A stretch of 64,000 bases of DNA from Patescibacteria group bacterium (lineage in GTDB: Bacteria > Patescibacteriota > Microgenomatia > UBA1400 > PJMF01), in NCBI GenBank assembly GCA_049322655.1, contig JBMORP010000006.1:128410-192409 (forward strand), in the 5' to 3' direction. Shown piece by piece: positions 48,120-58,688 of this stretch (its first letter is position 1; every line of letters starts with the position of its first letter). Made by a program: the position numbers and the translations under genes. A model generated the notes under the pieces. The model ran no database searches and was not told where the DNA came from. It was given only the letters and a program-made list of their open reading frames with translations.

Positions 48120-49613
48120 TTATTTTTTAAGTAAGTTTTTAAATTCAAGTACAATCTTTTTTCTACCGACCACAAAAATACCAATTAGATAAGCCAAAGA
48201 ACTAATCAACATCCCCAGAAGCAAATGTTTCAAACTTACAGACCAATAATTAAGTCCTAACAACCCAATAGTTACCATTAAGCCAGCCCCAAAGCCAGCT
48301 TCCTTGATTTGAGGCAGCACTTCAACTGGCAGATATTTTTTGACCATTTTGATAGAAAACAGTGAAGTAAAAGAAATTATAAAAGCAGCTAAGGCCACCC
48401 CATTAAACCCAAACAACCAAATAAAAATTGGTGTTAAAATCCAAGTTAAAGTAGTCCACATAATCATTAGTTTCAAAGTCTGATTAATATGACCAATCGC
48501 ATTGAGAGTATTTACCAATGGAGTAGTCAAAGCAGCCCAACCAATACTCAAAGCAAACATAATAAAACTAAAAATGGCTGGTTCCCATTTGGCATATTCT
48601 TCAATTACTTGAGTTAATGGCCAAATGAAAACACTCATCCCAATTAAAATCGGAAAAATTGCTAAAGAAATAAAGAAAATTGATTTTTCAATCGCCTTTT
48701 TGAGCAAATCTTGGCGGTGTTGTAACCGAGAATAAGTGGGGAAGGTAATTGCCATTACATTCTGTACTGTTAAATTATATGGATACATAGACCAATTTTT
48801 TGACCACTGAATATAACCAAATTGATCTAATGGCAGAAAAACACCCAAACCAAGATAAAACAGTTGATCTTTAATCCTGGCCAAAAAATCATTGAGCTGA
48901 AATTTTAAGCCAAAGTTCAACATTGATTTGAGAATTTTGTTATTCCACATAAAACCAATTCCTTGCCATGGCTCAATCAACCACATGGCTATTACTCCCA
49001 CCACAGATCTGGCAATAATCGCATAAGCATAAGCCATCACCCCCATACCCCGCCAAGCCAAAACAATTAGTAAACTATAGAAAACTGACTGTTCAAAAAT
49101 TTGTGGTAAAACTAGTTTCTGAAAAAGTAATTTTCTTTCTAAACGAATAGATGAAACTGTTTTTAAAGTGGCTAAAGGAAAAGAAATTGCCAAACTCAAC
49201 AATACCCATACCCCAGCATCACCAACTTTTTGTTGTATAAAACCAAAACTTAGTAGCAGTAAAATCACCCCTACAATCAACCAAGATAGAAGCCATTGCA
49301 AAGTAAAAGCCACTTGGTACGCATGGTTGTCTGGATCTTGTTTTTGCTGAACCAAGGCAGCCGCCAAACCAATATCAGAAAAGAAAATTAACAGACCAAT
49401 AATTTGAGTGACAAAACCATAAACTCCGAAATCACTAGGAGAGAAAAAAGCACTGAGAATAAAAGCAGCCACTAAACCAATCGTTTGTAAGAAAGCTGTG
49501 CGAAAAAAATAAGAAATCACCCCAGAAACAGATTTTTTCTTGATCTCAACAACCTCATCATCCATTAGCTCTTCAATTTCGTCTGTAGTATCAACAACTG
49601 TTTGATTAATCAT
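48120..49613 (-). CDS. wzx: Wzx-like oligosaccharide flippase (MOP superfamily, polysaccharide biosynthesis protein)
   Basis: SGVISYFFRTAFLQTIGLVAAFILSAFFSPSDFGVYGFVTQIIGLLIFFSDIGLAAALVQ N-terminal region typical of Wzx/RfbX; about 12-14 TM helices; 497 aa. Confidence 0.6.
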   Translation of the reverse strand: MINQTVVDTTDEIEELMDDEVVEIKKKSVSGVISYFFRTAFLQTIGLVAAFILSAFFSPSDFGVYGFVTQIIGLLIFFSDIGLAAALVQQKQDPDNHAYQVAFTLQWLLSWLIVGVILLLLSFGFIQQKVGDAGVWVLLSLAISFPLATLKTVSSIRLERKLLFQKLVLPQIFEQSVFYSLLIVLAWRGMGVMAYAYAIIARSVVGVIAMWLIEPWQGIGFMWNNKILKSMLNFGLKFQLNDFLARIKDQLFYLGLGVFLPLDQFGYIQWSKNWSMYPYNLTVQNVMAITFPTYSRLQHRQDLLKKAIEKSIFFISLAIFPILIGMSVFIWPLTQVIEEYAKWEPAIFSFIMFALSIGWAALTTPLVNTLNAIGHINQTLKLMIMWTTLTWILTPIFIWLFGFNGVALAAFIISFTSLFSIKMVKKYLPVEVLPQIKEAGFGAGLMVTIGLLGLNYWSVSLKHLLLGMLISSLAYLIGIFVVGRKKIVLEFKNLLKK

Positions 49614-51397
49614 GATTCAATTTTTAATTGTTTACTAAGAGTTTTTTTGGGCCAAACCAAGTAAATGAAGCTCAACCAAGCCAATAAACTCACGATGTCT
49701 GCCCAATTTCTTAAGCTAGTTCCTATAAATTTCAGGCTAACCAAGTGATTACCAGCAGGTATATTTAATAAAATATTACCATTTTCTGCTCGATCTTTAC
49801 TCCACCACTGACCGTCTATTTCTGCTGTCCAGCCAGGATAATTAGCAACCGCCAACTCCACAGCTTGAGCTTGACTAAAATTGGTTTTAATCAGTTTTTC
49901 ATGAGTTCTATCGGCTAAAATCTCTACTTCATCAGCTTGATATTGGCTCATCACCAAACTGGTGGGAATGATAGTTGGTTTTTCAACCATATCCGCAGAA
50001 ATATAATCAGGCAAAATACTACTTAATTCACGTCTAATTCTAGTCTGATCAGTATAGTAATAATCATTAGCATTAGTTAAATACTCTTCTGGCCTAAAAT
50101 AAATTGCACCACTAAAGACCGTTATCACTACCAATATACCCACCAACCAACCTCTAATAATCTTGTTACTAATTAACCAAACTAAACTAGCTAATAATAA
50201 AGCAAAGAAAACAATCGCTACTCCCAGCCATCTCCAAGGAAACTGAATAAATTTGAATAAACTAATTTGTTCCCAAATAAATTGAGTTTTAAGTAAACTC
50301 ATTAACGTAGTTAAAACAAATAAACCTGCTAATAAACTACTAAAAAACAAAATTCTTGGCGTAATAATTTTTTCTTTTTTAAAGCATTGTTTAAATAAAC
50401 TCACTAACCAAAAAACTACTAATAAACCTAGTGAAATGAGTTGTCCCCAACCCAAAAAGAAAGAAATACCATCATTAGCACCCCATTCACTACCACCATA
50501 ACCCCAATTGGGTTTAAAAAATTGGCGAATGTACAAAAAATGCAAATGGTAATCAAAATATGGTGTCAAAATAATTTTTTCTACTTGAGTGAAGTTTTTT
50601 TCAACAAAAGCTGGAATTAAATAAAAGCTAGCAGCCATAACAGCCAAGAAACCACTGCCAATTAATTGACTCCAGATTCGTAAAAAATTCTTAGCCCTAA
50701 ATCGATTTTTTCTAAAAATTTCTGGAGCCTGCTGCCAAACCATCCAAGCAAAATAACCTCCAGCAAAAACTCCTAAAATAGGCAAAAAAATCATCGTGGT
50801 AATGTTGTGTGACAGAAATAAACCAACTAAAGCTAAGAAAAAGATTTTCCAACCCTGTTTTTCTTGATGAAAAATCTTAATTAAACCTAATAAAATCCAT
50901 GGCAAAAACATCATCCCCCAAGCTTCATTCAAAGCCCCTCTGGCAAATAAATTCATTGCCCGATATGGAGCCAAAGTCAAAAAAACCGTAGTTAATAGGC
51001 CCCCTAATTGGCCAAACAACCGTTTCCCCAAAAAGTAACTACCCAAAAGAGTTCCTAGGTTGGATAACAAATATAAAAACTTAATACTACTGATAATATT
51101 GCCAAAAACTAAATAAAAACTTGCCCCAAAGTAAAAGGGCAACGGACCATAAAACTCAAATAAAGGCATTCCGTAACCATATCCAAAGTTGCTCGTCCAC
51201 CTCACTGGAAAATGGCCATCTTGTAAAGCCCTAGCCATTTCAACAATCCTTCCAGCATGAGTAAAATCATGAACTCGAAAAAACTGATCAGTCACTAACA
51301 AAGACCAAGAAGAGGCCAAAAAAATTAGTAACAAAAAAGACAAAACAAACCACTGTTTGAGTTTCTGCACAGCACTATTGTAGCCTAAGATTGACAA
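49610..51397 (-). CDS. Polytopic membrane protein, YfhO-like / GT-C candidate
   Basis: Loop VHDFTHAGRIVEMARALQDGHFPVRWTSNFGYGYGMP parallels the THDGENHLARF...PPRF loop of 23668-25308; the start codon may be TTG or GTG. Confidence 0.4.
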   Translation of the reverse strand: MSILGYNSAVQKLKQWFVLSFLLLIFLASSWSLLVTDQFFRVHDFTHAGRIVEMARALQDGHFPVRWTSNFGYGYGMPLFEFYGPLPFYFGASFYLVFGNIISSIKFLYLLSNLGTLLGSYFLGKRLFGQLGGLLTTVFLTLAPYRAMNLFARGALNEAWGMMFLPWILLGLIKIFHQEKQGWKIFFLALVGLFLSHNITTMIFLPILGVFAGGYFAWMVWQQAPEIFRKNRFRAKNFLRIWSQLIGSGFLAVMAASFYLIPAFVEKNFTQVEKIILTPYFDYHLHFLYIRQFFKPNWGYGGSEWGANDGISFFLGWGQLISLGLLVVFWLVSLFKQCFKKEKIITPRILFFSSLLAGLFVLTTLMSLLKTQFIWEQISLFKFIQFPWRWLGVAIVFFALLLASLVWLISNKIIRGWLVGILVVITVFSGAIYFRPEEYLTNANDYYYTDQTRIRRELSSILPDYISADMVEKPTIIPTSLVMSQYQADEVEILADRTHEKLIKTNFSQAQAVELAVANYPGWTAEIDGQWWSKDRAENGNILLNIPAGNHLVSLKFIGTSLRNWADIVSLLAWLSFIYLVWPKKTLSKQLKIES

Positions 51398-51438
51398 AAT
51401 TCGTATACAATAGACCTGTAGTGAAATAAAATTAAATT

Positions 51439-52575
51439 ATGAAAAAAGAGTTACCAATTACCGAACCACCTTCCCAACAACCAAAAACTCAACAAGATTC
51501 TCAATATTCAAACAACTTATTTAAACTATTTATTAAGGTAAATTTATTATCTTTGTTCTTTGCAAGTTTAATGTTACTAATTACTGCCCTGGGAGTTGGA
51601 GTTTGGGGTTACACAAAATTTCAAAAATTTTCTCAAACTGCTGGGGTAAGTTTCTCTGAGTTAAAAACTTCTTTTACAAGCGGTTGGCAACAGGAACCTC
51701 TGGCAACTAATGGCTACAAAAATTTTCTGTTACTAGGCGTCGATTCCCTATCAGGCAGAGGAGATGTCCCTCCATTAACTGACACAATGATGCTGGTTTC
51801 ACTAAATCTAGATACTGGCAAAATCATCACCCTACCCTTTCCCAGAGATTTATGGTCAGAAAAATATAAAACTAAAATTAACGCTCTTTATTATTATGGC
51901 TTTGATCGTTATCCAGTTAATCCAGCTAGATTTGTTGAAGAAACTTTGGAAGAACTAACTGCAGTCACTATTCATCACACTATAGTGTTATCTTTGGACC
52001 AACTAGAAGAATTAATCGATTTAGTTGGTGGAGTTAATCTTGATATTCCACTTGGTTTTGTAGATGAAAAATTCCCCAGACCTGGAGTTGATGTCACTAT
52101 AGAACGAGATCCCAAAATCCTTTACCAAACCATCTCTTTTGAGCCAGGCCAACAAACCTTAACTGGTGAAAAAGCTCTTCAATATATTCGAAGCAGACAC
52201 AGTGAAGGAGATGCAGGTACAGATCTAGCCAGGGGTGAAAGACAACAACTAGTAATCAAAGCTCTTTTTTCTCAGCTAATGGAACCCAAACAATATCTAG
52301 AAAATCCAGCTTTGGCTGGTCAACTTTATAAATTTTACGAACAAAATTTCGCCGAAGTACTCCCTTTAACAGAACTAATTGCCACAGGCAAGAAACTGGC
52401 ACCAATCAGAGCTGAGATAACAATTGCTGGCCACCAACTTTCAACCACCAAAGACGACCCTAAGACAGGAGTTTTGGCCAACCCTAAGCCTTCTTATCTT
52501 TACCAAAATCAGTGGGTCTATGTAATCACTGACGAAGAATTATTTAAACAGGAAATTAGTAATCTTTTTCAATAA
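51439..52575 (+). CDS. LytR-CpsA-Psr (LCP) family phosphotransferase
   Basis: N-terminal TM anchor; NFLLLGVDSLSGRGDVPPLTDTMMLVSLNLDTGKIITLPFPRD and YIRSRHSEGDAGTDLARGERQQ are core LCP motifs. Confidence 0.8.
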   Translation: MKKELPITEPPSQQPKTQQDSQYSNNLFKLFIKVNLLSLFFASLMLLITALGVGVWGYTKFQKFSQTAGVSFSELKTSFTSGWQQEPLATNGYKNFLLLGVDSLSGRGDVPPLTDTMMLVSLNLDTGKIITLPFPRDLWSEKYKTKINALYYYGFDRYPVNPARFVEETLEELTAVTIHHTIVLSLDQLEELIDLVGGVNLDIPLGFVDEKFPRPGVDVTIERDPKILYQTISFEPGQQTLTGEKALQYIRSRHSEGDAGTDLARGERQQLVIKALFSQLMEPKQYLENPALAGQLYKFYEQNFAEVLPLTELIATGKKLAPIRAEITIAGHQLSTTKDDPKTGVLANPKPSYLYQNQWVYVITDEELFKQEISNLFQ

Positions 52576-52616
52576 ACAACACTTTAAGTTATACTTAACT
52601 AGACTTTATTTAACTT

Positions 52617-52814
52617 ATGAAAAAATTACTTGAACAAACTCTGCCCCAACCTTTTCCACCTACAATAGTGATTAGGTTTTTATTGGGAATAATTGTTGTT
52701 TTAACCTTTATAGCCGGCTATTATCATTCAATGTTGGAAATAGAAAAAAAGAAATTAGACAATTTACAAATGAATCAATACAATGCTGAAGGACTAAATT
52801 TTAAGGAATACTAA
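52617..52814 (+). CDS. Hypothetical small single-TM protein
   Basis: 65-aa ORF with one hydrophobic helix, between the LCP gene and rfbB. Confidence 0.25.
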   Translation: MKKLLEQTLPQPFPPTIVIRFLLGIIVVLTFIAGYYHSMLEIEKKKLDNLQMNQYNAEGLNFKEY

Positions 52815-52818
52815 ATAT

Positions 52819-53832
52819 ATGGCAAAAACACTTCTAGTTACTGGCGGAGCTGGTTTCATTGGCTCTAATTTTGTACTTTATTGGTTAAAAAATCACCCTA
52901 CAGACAAAGTTATTAATCTAGATAAACTCACTTATGCTGGTAATTTAGACAACCTAAAAACAGTCGAAACTAATCCCAATTACACCTTTATTCATGGTGA
53001 TATTGGCAATAAAAAACTAGTTGATAAAATCATGGCCGATGTTGATACAGTGGTTCACTTCGCTGCCGAATCTCATGTTGATCGCTCAATCAAAAATCCA
53101 GAGGTTTTTTTGGAAACAAACATCATTGGCACACAAATTCTACTAGAATCAGCTTTAAAAAATAAAATTAAACGTTTTCATCATATTTCTACCGATGAGG
53201 TGTTTGGAGCTTTGGAATTAAATACTAGCGAAAAATTCTCTCACGATACTGCCTATAACCCTCACAGCCCTTACTCAGCTAGTAAGGCTGCATCTGATCA
53301 TTTGGTCAGAGCCTATGGCACCACTTACGGTCTGCCATACACTATTACCAACTGCTCAAATAACTATGGTGAATATCAATTTCCAGAAAAATTTATTTCT
53401 TTGACTATTACCAATTTGTTAGAAGGAAAAACTATTCCGGTTTATGGTGATGGTCTTTACGTTCGTGACTGGCTTTACGTCCAAGACCACTGTACTGCAA
53501 TTGATAAGGTTTTAACTGAAGGCAAGGAACATGAGACTTATCTAGTTGGAGGTTTAACCAAAGATGTTTCTAATTTGGAAATCTCAAAAATGATTTTAGA
53601 AAAAATGGGAGCAAGTGAAGATAAAATTGAGTATGTCAAAGATAGACCTGGTCACGATCGCCGCTACGCCGTTGATTGGAGCAAGATTCAACAAGAGTTG
53701 GGTTGGGAGCCAAGTGTTTCTCTAGAGGAGGGTTTAGAAAAAACCATTGCTTGGTACCAAGAAAATCAAGCCTGGTGGCAAAAACTTAAGGCTAGTCAAC
53801 AAGCCTACTTCTCAGAACAATATAAAAAATAA
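52819..53832 (+). CDS. rfbB: dTDP-glucose 4,6-dehydratase
   Basis: LLVTGGAGFIGSNFV, HFAAESHVDRS, YSASKAASDHLVRAY (YxxxK), TNCSNNYGEYQFPEK; 337 aa. Confidence 0.9.
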   Translation: MAKTLLVTGGAGFIGSNFVLYWLKNHPTDKVINLDKLTYAGNLDNLKTVETNPNYTFIHGDIGNKKLVDKIMADVDTVVHFAAESHVDRSIKNPEVFLETNIIGTQILLESALKNKIKRFHHISTDEVFGALELNTSEKFSHDTAYNPHSPYSASKAASDHLVRAYGTTYGLPYTITNCSNNYGEYQFPEKFISLTITNLLEGKTIPVYGDGLYVRDWLYVQDHCTAIDKVLTEGKEHETYLVGGLTKDVSNLEISKMILEKMGASEDKIEYVKDRPGHDRRYAVDWSKIQQELGWEPSVSLEEGLEKTIAWYQENQAWWQKLKASQQAYFSEQYKK

Positions 53833-53848
53833 AGAAAGATTATTACCT

Positions 53849-54721
53849 ATGAAAACAATTCTCACGACTGGCTTAAATGGTTTGGTTGGCTCTAGATTTG
53901 CGCTAGATTTCAAAAATGAATATTCATTTGATAATCTGGATTTGAGAGATGAAAAGCAGCCAACTGATATTACTAACTATGACCAAGTTTTGAACAGATT
54001 TCAGAATTCAATAGCTACTCATGTTATTCACTTAGCAGCCTATACCGATGTCACCGGTGCTTGGCAACAAACTGGAGACAAAAATGGTATTGCTTATCAA
54101 GTTAATGTGGTTGGTACTGAGAATGTGGTCAAAGCAGCAGAAACTACGAATAAACATGTTATTTATGTTTCTACCGCCTATGTTTTCGATGGTGAAAAAA
54201 AAGAACTTTATACTGAAGAAGATACGCCAAAACCAATTGAATGGTATGGAGAAACTAAGTATTTAGCCGAAGAAATAGTTAAACAAGCCCAATGCCCTTG
54301 GACTATCTTGAGAATTGATCAACCTTTTAGAGCTGATTCATTCGAAAAAGTAGACACTGCCCATCGAGTAATGAAAGGCATCAAAGAAGGCTCTCTCTAC
54401 CCACAATTTACTAATCACTATTTTGGTCCAACTTATGTCAATGATTTTGCCAAAATTATGGATTTCATCATTAGAACTAGTCCAACCGGACTTTTTCATG
54501 CTTCTAGCGGAGAAAGTTGGACAGACTATGATTTTGCGGTAGCAATTAATGATATTCATCAACTTGGTGGAAAAATTGGTCAAGGTGACTTAGAAGTTTA
54601 CTTAGCTAGTTCAGAACGACCTTATCAACGCAATACTGCCATGAGCAACAAAAAATTATTAGAGATTTTAGATTTTGAGCTTAAGACAATTAGACAAGCT
54701 CTAGCAGAAATTAAAGATTAG
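53849..54721 (+). CDS. rfbD: dTDP-4-dehydrorhamnose reductase (RmlD-like)
   Basis: ATG at 53849 (MKTILTTGLNGLVGSRF); RmlD substrate-binding-domain style SDR, about 290 aa; position right after rfbB. Confidence 0.65.
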   Translation: MKTILTTGLNGLVGSRFALDFKNEYSFDNLDLRDEKQPTDITNYDQVLNRFQNSIATHVIHLAAYTDVTGAWQQTGDKNGIAYQVNVVGTENVVKAAETTNKHVIYVSTAYVFDGEKKELYTEEDTPKPIEWYGETKYLAEEIVKQAQCPWTILRIDQPFRADSFEKVDTAHRVMKGIKEGSLYPQFTNHYFGPTYVNDFAKIMDFIIRTSPTGLFHASSGESWTDYDFAVAINDIHQLGGKIGQGDLEVYLASSERPYQRNTAMSNKKLLEILDFELKTIRQALAEIKD

Positions 54722-55371
54722 CTAGCTTTTTTTCGTTGAGCAGTTCGCCAGTTAGTGATTTTTTTGTGATCACCGGTCAAAAGTACTGTCGGTACTGACC
54801 AATTTTTATAAATTTCTGGTCGAGTGTATTGGGGAAAACCCAACTGACCAGGTTGATCATGAGATTCGCCCTGATTGCTCTCTTCATTGCCTAAAACACC
54901 AGGCAACAATCTCGCTACACTATCAACAATCACTACAGCGGCTGGCTCTCCCCCTGTCAAAACATAATCACCAATCCTAATCTCCTCATCAATTAAATGT
55001 TCAACTATCCGCTCATCTACCCCTTCATAGTGACCACAAATAATAGCTATTCTTTTGAGCTCAGCTAAAATCTTGGCTTGTTGCTGGTTATAAAGCTTTC
55101 CCTGAGCCGAAGTTAAAATGATTTTCTCTCCTGCTGTACCTTTTTTAAAACCATGAGTTTGTAACGCTAGATCAATCGGCTCAACTTTCATTACCATTCC
55201 TGGACCACCTCCATAAGGTCGATCATCAGTGACCTGATGTTTGTCCAGAGCAAAATCTCTAATATTTACTAATTTGATCAATCGCTGATCAAGATTAGCT
55301 CGACCTAAAATCGAGGTCGTAAAAGGACCTTGGAAAAAATCCGGAAATAAAGTAAAAATAACAATCTCCAT
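54718..55371 (-). CDS. trmD: tRNA (guanine37-N1)-methyltransferase
   Basis: MEIVIFTLFPDFFQG, PYGGGPGMVMKVEPI, IICGHYEGVDERI, GDYVLTGGEPAAVVIVDSV; start at ATG 55371. Confidence 0.85.
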   Translation of the reverse strand: MEIVIFTLFPDFFQGPFTTSILGRANLDQRLIKLVNIRDFALDKHQVTDDRPYGGGPGMVMKVEPIDLALQTHGFKKGTAGEKIILTSAQGKLYNQQQAKILAELKRIAIICGHYEGVDERIVEHLIDEEIRIGDYVLTGGEPAAVVIVDSVARLLPGVLGNEESNQGESHDQPGQLGFPQYTRPEIYKNWSVPTVLLTGDHKKITNWRTAQRKKAS

Positions 55372-55431
55372 AATGCAATTATATAATGATATACTTGGCA
55401 AGTAAGATATAAATTTTTGAAAGAATTTATC

Positions 55432-56733
55432 ATGAATGTAACTTTTATTGGCACCGGTTTTGTAGGCGTGGTAAGTGCTGCTGTTTATGCTTCTTTCGGC
55501 AACCAAGTCATTGGCTTGGATGTTGATGAAAATAAGATTTCATCACTTAAAAATAGTAAGGTGCCATTTTTTGAGCCAGGATTGGAAGAGCTCCTCACTC
55601 AACAACAACAAACTGGTAATCTCACCTTCACCACTGACTATAAAACTGCCATTAGAAACGCTGATGTCATCATGATTGCTGTCGGTACTCCCTCAGCACC
55701 AGATGGCCAAGCAGATCTCAAATACGTTTTTGCCAGCGCTGAATCTTTGGCACCACATCTAAAAACAGGCGCCATTGTTGCCATCAAATCAACTGTTCCA
55801 CCTGGAACCTTAAACAAAGTTGAAGAAATCATCAAAAATAAAACTCGAACAAAGTTTTTTACTGCTTCAGTGCCAGAATTTTTAAAAGAAGGCAGCGCTG
55901 TTCAAGATACTCTCCGACCAGATCGGGTGGTGATTGGAGCAGTTGATCAAGAAGTCTTCGAAAAACTAGAAAAACTTCACCAACCACTCAATGCCCCTAT
56001 TGTTAAAGTCAAACCAGAATCAGCTCAGATGGCCAAATATTCAGCTAATGCCTACTTGGCTACTAGAATCACCTTTATCAATCAAATTGCTGATTTATGT
56101 GAAAAAAACGGCGCTGATGTTAATGACATTGTTAAAGCAATTGGTTTTGATAAAAGAATTGGTCAACATTACTGGTATCCTGGCTTGGGTTATGGTGGTT
56201 CTTGCTTCCCCAAAGACGTTAAAGAGCTAGCTGCTTATTCTAGAGCCGTCAATGAAAGTGATAATCTATTTAACAAAATCAGCGAACTAAATGAAAATAG
56301 AATTCCCAAACTACTAAGAAAGTTTGAAGAAGAAGTTAGCGGTTGGGAAAACAAACAAATCGCTATTTTGGGCTTATCTTTCAAACCAAACACTGATGAT
56401 ATGAGAGAAGCCCCCTCAACCAAAATTATTCCGATTTTGTTAAGTAAAGGAGCCAGAGTTACTAGCTATGACCCAATGGCTTCATGGAAAAATTTCTTTA
56501 GATTGGACAATCTAGAAAAAAATCATCAACAAGTAAAAACTATCCAAGAAGCGGTTGAACATGCTGATGTCATTATGAGTTTAATCGAATGGCCAGAAAT
56601 TACTCAATTTGATTTTTCAAAGACCAAACACCCTGATAGAATGCAATGGTTTATTGATGCCAGAAATCAATTTCATCCTCAAACTTTGCAACAACAAAAA
56701 TATCAATATCTTGGTATAGGAAAAACCAATTAA
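55432..56733 (+). CDS. ugd: UDP-glucose 6-dehydrogenase
   Basis: MNVTFIGTGFVGVVSAA, GLGYGGSCFPKDVKEL (catalytic Cys); 434 aa. Confidence 0.85.
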   Translation: MNVTFIGTGFVGVVSAAVYASFGNQVIGLDVDENKISSLKNSKVPFFEPGLEELLTQQQQTGNLTFTTDYKTAIRNADVIMIAVGTPSAPDGQADLKYVFASAESLAPHLKTGAIVAIKSTVPPGTLNKVEEIIKNKTRTKFFTASVPEFLKEGSAVQDTLRPDRVVIGAVDQEVFEKLEKLHQPLNAPIVKVKPESAQMAKYSANAYLATRITFINQIADLCEKNGADVNDIVKAIGFDKRIGQHYWYPGLGYGGSCFPKDVKELAAYSRAVNESDNLFNKISELNENRIPKLLRKFEEEVSGWENKQIAILGLSFKPNTDDMREAPSTKIIPILLSKGARVTSYDPMASWKNFFRLDNLEKNHQQVKTIQEAVEHADVIMSLIEWPEITQFDFSKTKHPDRMQWFIDARNQFHPQTLQQQKYQYLGIGKTN

Positions 56734-56746
56734 AAAGGATTAATTA

Positions 56747-57697
56747 GTGCAAAAAAACATTCTAATTACTGGTGGAACTGGTTTTGTTGGAACTCATTTA
56801 GTCAAAGAGTTAATCAAACAAGGTACTACCGCTGAAAATATTCATGTTACTACATTAAAAAAAGAACCTCATCTTTATGAAAACGGGTCTTTGCCAGAAC
56901 AAAATTATCACGCTGCTGACTTAACTAAATCAACAGTTGTTCTGGAACTATTCGAAAAACTGCGCCCACAATTAATTTATAACTTAGCTAGTTTTTCAGC
57001 TCCTGGTTTAAGTTTGGAAAAAAAGAGTTTGACTCTATCAATTAATACCAACATTCAGCTTAATGTACTTGAGGCCATGAGACTTCACACTCCACAAGCA
57101 AGATTGCTGTCAATTGGCAGCGGCACTGAATATGCCCCTTCTACCAAACCTTTAAACGAAACTGATCCACTTGGTCCCAGGAACCCGTATGCCGTTTCCA
57201 AAGTTACTCAAGACATGTTAGCTAGTAGCTACTTTGCTAGTCATAATCTAGACATTATCAGAGTAAGACCATTCAATCATATCGGTGAATATCAAGCTCG
57301 TGGTTTTGTGGTAACTGATTTTGTTTATCAAATCACCCAAGAAATAGAAAAAGGTCTCAAAAACGAGATCCAGGTGGGAAATCTAGAAGTTAAAAGAGAT
57401 TTTACTGACGTCAAAGATGTAGTAAAGGCTTATATCCTACTGATGAAAACTGCTCCAGCCGGGGAAATATACAATATTGGTAGTGGTCAAGCTATTTCGA
57501 TCAAAGAATTATTAGAAAAACTCAAAGCCATGTCAACAGTAGACTTTAACATCGTGATTGATGAAACCAAGCAAAGAACTGGGGATGTCGATATTAGTGT
57601 CGCTGATATTAGTAAGATCAAGAACTTGGGTTGGGAACCAACAATTCCCCTCGACACAACCCTCCAAAGAATAGTACAGTGGTGGAGAGAAAAATAG
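56747..57697 (+). CDS. NAD(P)-dependent nucleotide-sugar epimerase/reductase (Rmd-like GDP-4-keto-6-deoxy-D-mannose reductase candidate)
   Basis: GTG start; [30 protein letters not shown] (YxxxK); immediately upstream of gmd. Confidence 0.65.
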   Translation: MQKNILITGGTGFVGTHLVKELIKQGTTAENIHVTTLKKEPHLYENGSLPEQNYHAADLTKSTVVLELFEKLRPQLIYNLASFSAPGLSLEKKSLTLSINTNIQLNVLEAMRLHTPQARLLSIGSGTEYAPSTKPLNETDPLGPRNPYAVSKVTQDMLASSYFASHNLDIIRVRPFNHIGEYQARGFVVTDFVYQITQEIEKGLKNEIQVGNLEVKRDFTDVKDVVKAYILLMKTAPAGEIYNIGSGQAISIKELLEKLKAMSTVDFNIVIDETKQRTGDVDISVADISKIKNLGWEPTIPLDTTLQRIVQWWREK

Positions 57698-57707
57698 AGA
57701 GGTATTT

Positions 57708-58685
57708 ATGAAAAAAGCATTTATTACCGGTATTACCGGTCAAGATGGCTCTTATTTAGCCGAACTTTTATTAGCAAAAGGTTACCAAGTTTTTGGGCTA
57801 ACCAGAAGAACCAGTACTCAAAACTTTGCCAGAATTAAAGGCATTGTCCATGACCCAAATTTAAAACTAATTTCTGGTGACTTAGTTGATCAACACTCTC
57901 TGACTTTTGCGCTCAAAGAGATTCAACCAGATGAAATCTACAATTTAGCAGCTCAATCTTTTGTACAAGCTTCCTGGGAACAACCAGTTTTAACTGGGGA
58001 GTTCACTGGTTTAGGAGTAACAAGAATGTTGGAAGCGATGAGATTAGCCGCACCTAATGCCAAATTTTATCAAGCCAGTTCTAGTGAGATGTTTGGTAAG
58101 GTCCGCGAAACTCCACAAACAGAAGAAACTCCATTTTACCCAAGATCACCTTATGGTGTCGCCAAAGTTTATGGTCACTGGATTACAGTTAACTACCGAG
58201 AATCTTATGATTTATTTGCTGTCTCTGGAATTTTGTTCAATCATGAATCTCCTAGAAGAGGCCTAGAGTTTGTAACCAGAAAAATTGCTAATGGGGTAGC
58301 CAGAGTTAAACTTGGTAAACAAGCCCATGTTGAACTAGGCAACTTAGAAGCAAAGAGAGATTGGGGCTATGCTAAAGACTATGTCGAGGCAATGTGGTTA
58401 ATGTTGCAACAAGATGAACCAGATGACTATGTGGTTGCTACAGGAGAAACTCACTCCGTTAAAGAGTTTTTACAGTTAGCTTGTAAAGCTGCTGGTTTAC
58501 CAAATTGGGAAAAAGTCTATAAACACAACCCTATTTATGATCGACCAGCTGAAGTTGATTTGCTAATTGGTGACCCTAATAAAGCAAAAACTAAATTGGG
58601 TTGGCAACCATCAATTGATTTCGAGCAATTAGTTAAGATTATGGTTGAATCAGAAATTACTGAAGAAAGCAGAATTAGAGATTAA
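57708..58685 (+). CDS. gmd: GDP-mannose 4,6-dehydratase
   Basis: [56 protein letters not shown]; 325 aa. Confidence 0.9.
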   Translation: MKKAFITGITGQDGSYLAELLLAKGYQVFGLTRRTSTQNFARIKGIVHDPNLKLISGDLVDQHSLTFALKEIQPDEIYNLAAQSFVQASWEQPVLTGEFTGLGVTRMLEAMRLAAPNAKFYQASSSEMFGKVRETPQTEETPFYPRSPYGVAKVYGHWITVNYRESYDLFAVSGILFNHESPRRGLEFVTRKIANGVARVKLGKQAHVELGNLEAKRDWGYAKDYVEAMWLMLQQDEPDDYVVATGETHSVKEFLQLACKAAGLPNWEKVYKHNPIYDRPAEVDLLIGDPNKAKTKLGWQPSIDFEQLVKIMVESEITEESRIRD

Positions 58686-58688
58686 GCA

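Noticed and set aside
51439-52575. Possibility that the LCP gene or neighbouring ORFs encode the sortase needed for the LPETG protein
   Set aside because: LCP motifs are clear and there is no TLxTC catalytic motif. No ORF in the window looks like a sortase. A sortase, if present, must be elsewhere in the genome.
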